Positions 36,092 through 41,355 of a stretch of DNA of 41,355 bases are shown piece after piece. This DNA comes from Octopus bimaculoides. Taxonomy: Eukaryota. The stretch is taken from assembly GCF_001194135.2 (NCBI RefSeq), contig NC_068987.1:67339327-67380681 (forward strand), in the 5' to 3' direction. The notes under the pieces were generated by a model, which made no database searches, had not been told where the DNA came from, and was given only the letters and a program-made list of their open reading frames with translations. Every line of letters begins with the position of its first letter. Position 1 is the stretch's first letter. A program made the position numbers and the translations under genes.

Positions 36092-37222
36092 AATATTTTT
36101 TAAGGCAAACAAAATAGTTCATGTGAAAACATCTTCAAAAATCTGTCACCAGAATACTTTCAGGTACATTAAAAAAATTCGTTATAAGAAACTTCACTGA
36201 TTTAAATTGAAATAGCCAAGTGTTGATAACTACTTTAAGAAACTTATTTTATGCCAACTTAGTCATGAAAATTACATTGCGGAAAGTACACCAAGAAAAA
36301 CGTGGCATGAAAACTACATAAAAATGAGAGGGAAAATAATGTGGAAAAAAATCATATACTAAACAAAAGATATGATATATATATATATANNNNNNNNNNN
36401 NNNNNNNNNNNNNNNNNNNNNNNNNNNNNNNNNNNNNNNNNNNNNNNNNNNNNNNNNNNNNNNNNNNNNNNNNNNNNNNNNNNNNNNNNNNNNNNNNNNN
36501 NNNNNNNNNNNNNNNNNNNNNNNNNNNNNNNNNNNNNNNNNNNNNNNNNNNNNNNNNNNNNNNNNNNNNNNNNNNNNNNNNNNNNNNNNNNNNNNNNNNN
36601 NNNNNNNNNNNNNNNNNNNNNNNNNNNNNNNNNNNNNNNNNNNNNNNNNNNNNNNNNNNNNNNNNNNNNNNNNNNNNNNNNNNNNNNNNNNNNNNNNNNN
36701 NNNNNNNNNNNNNNNNNNNNNNNNNNNNNNNNNNNNNNNNNNNNNNNNNNNNNNNNNNNNNNNNNNNNNNNNNNNNNNNNNNNNNNNNNNNNNNNNNNNN
36801 NNNNNNNNNNNNNNNNNNNNNNNNNNNNNNNNNNNNNNNNNNNNNNNNNNNNNNNNNNNNNNNNNNNNNNNNNNNNNNNNNNNNNNNNNNNNNNNNNNNN
36901 NNNNNNNNNNNNNNNNNNNNNNNNNNNNNNNNNNNNNNNNNNNNNNNNNNNNNNNNNNNNNNNNNNNNNNNNNNNNNNNNNNNNNNNNNNNNNNNNNNNN
37001 NNNNNNNNNNNNNNNNNNNNNNNNNNNNNNNNNNNNNNNNNNNNNNNNNNNNNNNNNNNNNNNNNNNNNNNNNNNNNNATGCTTTTAAAATTATTATTTT
37101 TATTATATTTATTTTGTTTTGGAAGAGAATGTCTGCCGCCTGTAGCTTATGCAAATCAATTCAGGCTGGTGAAATAGAATGCGGATGATGCTCAGTTTTG
37201 ACGTTTGTTCAGAGAATTGGAT

Positions 37223-37651
37223 TAGGAACGAAGCGCTCTGTGACTCCGTATGTAATTGAGAAGGAACGAGAAATTATTTAGTGCAGATTTTAGTGTAGAA
37301 GAATACCAGGGAAAGGATTTACAAGTGTATTGTTGTGAGATGGTAGACGATGTTGTTAATTTACAGAAGTAAAATATTTTGATAAATTGTAGAAGCAGTG
37401 AACTAGAGTAAGCGACAACTGAATGCAGGCTTGGAGTAGGAACGAAGCGCTCTGTGACTCCGATTCTAATTGAGAAGGAACGAGAATATTATTTAGCGCA
37501 GATTTTAGTGTAGAAGAATACCTAGGAAAGGATTTACAAGTGTATTGTTGTGAGATGGTAGGCGATGTTGTTAAGTCACAGAAGTAAAATATTTTGATAA
37601 ATTGTAGAAGCAGTGAACTAGAGTAAGCGACAACTGAATACAGGCTTAGAG
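37223..37651. repeat. Two-copy tandem repeat, 214-bp unit
   Basis: taggaacgaagcgctctgtgactccg starts at 37223 and 37437; the units are highly similar. Confidence 0.92.
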
Positions 37652-38218
37652 CTGTGGAAACAAGAGAGTGAATAGTTTACATTTAACGAAACCGCCAATT
37701 TGCAATTCGATGTATTTTGTAATGCGAAGAAATCTACAGGCAAAAATTTTTTAAAAATAGTAATAGATGCGTTTTCAAAGTGAAAATTAAAATAAATATA
37801 TATCTTATACCACGAGTGCAAAATAACTAGTGAATATTTATGAAATGTGAATTCTACAATAAGCAAAATAAGCAAAACAAATATTTTAATGTTAAAAGAA
37901 ATGTTTCGTTTCCACCAACTACATCGGAACGAGTTCGTGCATTTCGATTTTGGGGGATTAACCATCCTATAGATAATCTCTCGATCTGAAAAAAGTTCAG
38001 ATTACTTTAATATCGTTGTCATCTGCAAACCAATCATCGATAAGTTCATAAAGACTATGTTAATGGACCTATATTGTACGTTGTTTCTCCAATCTGTATT
38101 ATTTCTTTTTGTGCTATACATAAATTCAAAATCAGCAAAATCCGCTGCAACTTCATCATCAGGAATTAAACTGTCAAACACAAAAAAGAGAGCAAAATTT
38201 TAACCACGCTGCCAACAG

Positions 38219-38341
38219 AATGGATGTTTTAACAGAAGTCATAATTACAAATGCAAAGACTGCATTAAAAGTCGAGGATAGAAATCTTGATGTTGATGAA
38301 GTGCTTCGTAAAATTATTTCTAAAGTGACATTTGAAACTGG
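38219..38341 (+). other. Candidate exon (123 nt, phase 2-2; MDVLTEVIITNAKTALKVEDRNLDVDEVLRKIISKVTFETG)
   Basis: ccaacAG acceptor, GG|GTAATT donor, protein-like codon pattern, stops on the antisense register; weak polypyrimidine tract; no homology recognised. Confidence 0.25.
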
Positions 38342-39063
38342 GTAATTTCTCGGTCTCTAAGGACCATAGAGCATCTTTTGTTCGCTCGTTAATGCACATA
38401 ATTCCACAATTTGGTACTAATTTCCTACAGATGGGTTTTAGAGGTATCAACGAGTAATGGTAGATTTAGTATTTAAAGGATTATCCATATCATCTAAATT
38501 AATTTACTCATATCATGTACATTAAACCGAATTGCTGCCAGAAATTCTTGGATAATCCAATTTAGAAAAAGTTTTTTTTTCTCTCTATGCATTCGTTTTG
38601 GTCTTATAACATAACGATAAATGCATTAGTCCCTACAAGGCTCTGGAACGATGGGTCTTAGCAATAACGAATAGTGTTATCGTTTGTCGATCGAATTTAA
38701 ATTCTCATGTCAGCGCTGCTGAACTTTATATTTGAAAAGCTAGCCCTTGGAACCAACCAACGTTTATTACGTTGGAAAATATTTCCAATAAAAATAAATC
38801 ACAGAAACAAATAATTTGATCAAAGCAAGAAGTATTGTTGTAGCAGAAAATGTGGGTCGTGATGTAATATAAATATATATATANNNNNNNNNNNNNNNNN
38901 NNNNNNNNNNNNNNNNNNNNNNNNNNNNNNNNNNNNNNNNNNNNNNNNNNNNNNNNNNNNNNNNNNNNNNNNNNNNNNNNNNNNNNNNNNNNNNNNNNNN
39001 NNNNNNNNNNNNNNNNNNNNNNNNNNNNNNNNNNNNNNNNNNNNNNNNNNNNNNNNNNNNNNN

Positions 39064-39767
39064 TAATGGGAGTGACAAAAGAAAGATCCATGGTGGAAAA
39101 GATTAATACAAGCGGGGTTAGATACGCTATCGAAGAACATTTCTGTGTTAGACTGAAAAAAGAAAGGGCATCTTAAAAGCGAACATAAATACAGGGCACT
39201 GAACAGGAAGTATGAGATTGAAAGAGTGTTTGACAATGGGTAGGACAGTGCTGTGCTTGACAGACATCGAAAAAGGCAATGCGGTCGACAATTACAGGCC
39301 GATATCCTGCTTCCCATTCAGGTGGAAATTATTGACTGGAATAGTCGCAGAGTCGATGTACGGATATCTGGAAAAAAATGGAGTCCTGCCACATGAACAT
39401 CGGCCAAGGGGACTGCCTGTCCTCACTGATATTTGTACTTTGCATGATACCATTAACACTGATTCTGAGGAAAGTAAAGGCTGGGTATGTATTCAAGAGA
39501 CGCCAACAAAAGGTCAACCACTTGTTATTCATGGATGGTCTCAAACTTTATGGTAAAGATGAAGCCCAAGTCAGTTCCCTCGTTGATATGGTGTATACTT
39601 TCAGTGCTGATGTCAGAATGGAGTTCGGAGTGCAAAAGTGTGGTGTGTTAGTCTTGAAGAGAGGCAAAATCAAATGTATGGACGGGCTAGCGATACCGTC
39701 GGGGGAGGTTATGAAGCAGTTAGAAGAGACGGGCTATAAGTACTTGGGGATATTGGAAATGGATAAA
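39064..39767 (+). mobile_element. RLE non-LTR retrotransposon family B, copy B3 (pre-RT plus RT, two internal deletions)
   Basis: KRKDPWWKRLIQ.. | GRTVLCLTDIEKGNAVDNYRPISC.. | GQGDCLSSLIFVLCMIPL..HLLFMDG (catalytic D to G)..YKYLGILEMDK; closely similar in DNA to B1 and B2. Confidence 0.92.
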
Positions 39768-39769
39768 GA

Positions 39770-40216
39770 AAGACACGCAATAAAAAGGTCCCTTGGACTG
39801 ATAGACTATCTACAGACTTAAACGCCTTAGAAGAGCAAAAGTGGGAGTGTATCAAGGCACAGGATGTAAGATCTGCTCTCAGGAAAGATCTGCTCTCTAG
39901 GAAAGGAAAACATTCGTAACTTCTAATTGAATGCCTTCCCAGAGGGCCATAAACTGCTAACAAAACTTTACAACAATGTTTTGCAACAACCTAGTATGAT
40001 TCTCTCTCGGCTAGTTAATGGCGTAACATTCCTACTTCCAAAAAAGGAAGAAACAACTGAACCAAACAGTTGTAAAAAATTGCTTAATAACAATGTATAA
40101 AATGCTAACATCTGTCTTGACTGAATATACGTGTAATTTTTTTTTAATAGTAAGTGGCATATTTCCTAATGGGCAAAAAAGATGTAAACGTGGATCCCAT
40201 AGTTGTAAAGATCAGC
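39770..40216 (+). mobile_element. RLE non-LTR retrotransposon family C fragment (N-terminal half of RT)
   Basis: KKVPWTDRL.., LVNGVTFLLPKK, MYKMLTSVL, GIFPNGQKRCKRGSHSCKDQ; distinct in DNA from family B; ends abruptly in (AAT)n. Confidence 0.85.
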
Positions 40217-40265
<49 letters not shown>

Positions 40266-40267
40266 GG

Positions 40268-40336
<69 letters not shown>

Positions 40337-40382
40337 TTAATAATGNNNNNNNNNNNNNNNNNNNNNNNNNNNNNNNNNNNNN

Positions 40383-40431
<49 letters not shown>

Positions 40432-40433
40432 GG

Positions 40434-40475
<42 letters not shown>

Positions 40476-40483
40476 TTAATAAT
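40217..40483. repeat. (AAT)n with a gap; interruption pattern repeated on both sides of the gap
   Basis: aataaggataat and aatgttaataatg occur before and after Ns 40346-40381. Confidence 0.9.
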
Positions 40484-41074
40484 GTACCGCATCTGTAATA
40501 GAGTGGATTAGACCATTGCCCATATCACGAACGAATACTCTATACTTGCCCAAAACCACTACAAGTTGTGGTGACGAGATCAGGTAGCAAAAGTGCTACA
40601 TTCGAAACTGCGAAAACTGGGGGCTAAAGAGAGGTAAGATGTGGTATAAGCACAAACCACAGAGAGTGGCAGAGTCGGAGTCTAGCAAAAACCTCTGGAA
40701 TTTCCCAATCCAAACAGATCAGGTGCTAGAGCATAACAGACGGGATCTAGTGTTGGCCGACAAGATGCACCACATGTGTTACATAGCTGATGTTGCGTTA
40801 TCTTTTGAGCTACTAATGGTCAAGAAGGAAGGCAAAAATTAGATAAATACAATCCTCTTAGATACAACATTGCCCGGCTATGGAAAAAGAAGGTGTAGAT
40901 AGTGCCTGAGGAATATAAAAATAAATTGGAGTAGAGTGCCCAGGAGAACTATTACAAAATATTTACATCCTTGGCACGGACAGAATAATCAGAAAAGTAT
41001 TAGATAGTTGAAAAGAATGGAGAGCATGGTACCAAAAGCTGCAGGTAGCAAGCTCGCTAAGCATCCAAGACTCC
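40484..41074 (+). mobile_element. RLE non-LTR retrotransposon 3' part, family D (zinc knuckle, RLE, start of 3' UTR)
   Basis: YRICNRVD*TIAH, RDQVAKVLH, WYKHKPQRVAESESSKNLWNFPIQTDQVLEHNRRDLVL, LGTDRIIRKVLDS* (stop 41009-41011). Confidence 0.88.
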
Positions 41075-41326
41075 AGGAGTTCCAGCAAAACCTGTGGAAC
41101 TGCCCATATCCTACGTAAAATACTGTCTATGTGATCTCAAATTTTAAAGCAAACAGATAATTTTCTTATGGTTTCTTAAATATTCACTAGAACAAAACTC
41201 TACAAATCCAAATATATGGTACCCTAGGCATAGCACCTACATGAACTTCTAACTTGTTGTCTCTTGAGGTCTCTGGGTGAGACTTGGATCCAACTTGTAC
41301 AAATGCAAAACAAAAGTCAAACATAA
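41073..41326 (+). mobile_element. RLE non-LTR retrotransposon extreme 3' end, family E, followed by (AAT)n to the window end
   Basis: GTAHILRKILSM* (stop 41132-41134), 3' UTR tgaggtctctgggtgagacttgga..caaacataa, then (AAT)n from 41327. Confidence 0.8.
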
Positions 41327-41355
41327 AATAATAATAATAATAATAATAATAATGA

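Noticed and set aside
38477-38560. 10-bp inverted repeat GGATTATCCA/TGGATAATCC
   Set aside because: Too short, with no extended TIR or TSD to call a MITE.
40217-40483. Repeated interruption pattern in (AAT)n across the gap
   Set aside because: Most likely the same array assembled twice.

Overview
AT-rich eukaryotic draft-assembly DNA with about 15 N-gaps, most of them at microsatellites. The SINE families and the extreme microsatellite density look like an octopus/cephalopod genome (recognition-based inference). No intact protein-coding gene, rRNA, tRNA gene or CRISPR array is supported, and nearly all long ORFs are microsatellite or gap artefacts. The window is dominated by decayed mobile elements. 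(1) At least nine pieces of restriction-like-endonuclease (RLE) non-LTR retrotransposons, R4/Dong-like, from several families; their ends abut (AAT)n or (TACA)n microsatellites and they pile up in nests. (2) Two tRNA-derived SINE families. (3) Mariner/Tc1 remnants and MITEs, including a DD36E-spaced Tc1 fragment. (4) Penelope-like remnants with degenerate hammerhead-ribozyme-like motifs. The most interesting signals are microsatellite-specific targeting by co-resident RLE families, a reiterated ~110-nt 3' module with a wobble-conserved stem-loop, a putative 5'-3' fused non-autonomous derivative, and tandem hammerhead-like cores. A few isolated candidate host exons are flagged at low confidence.
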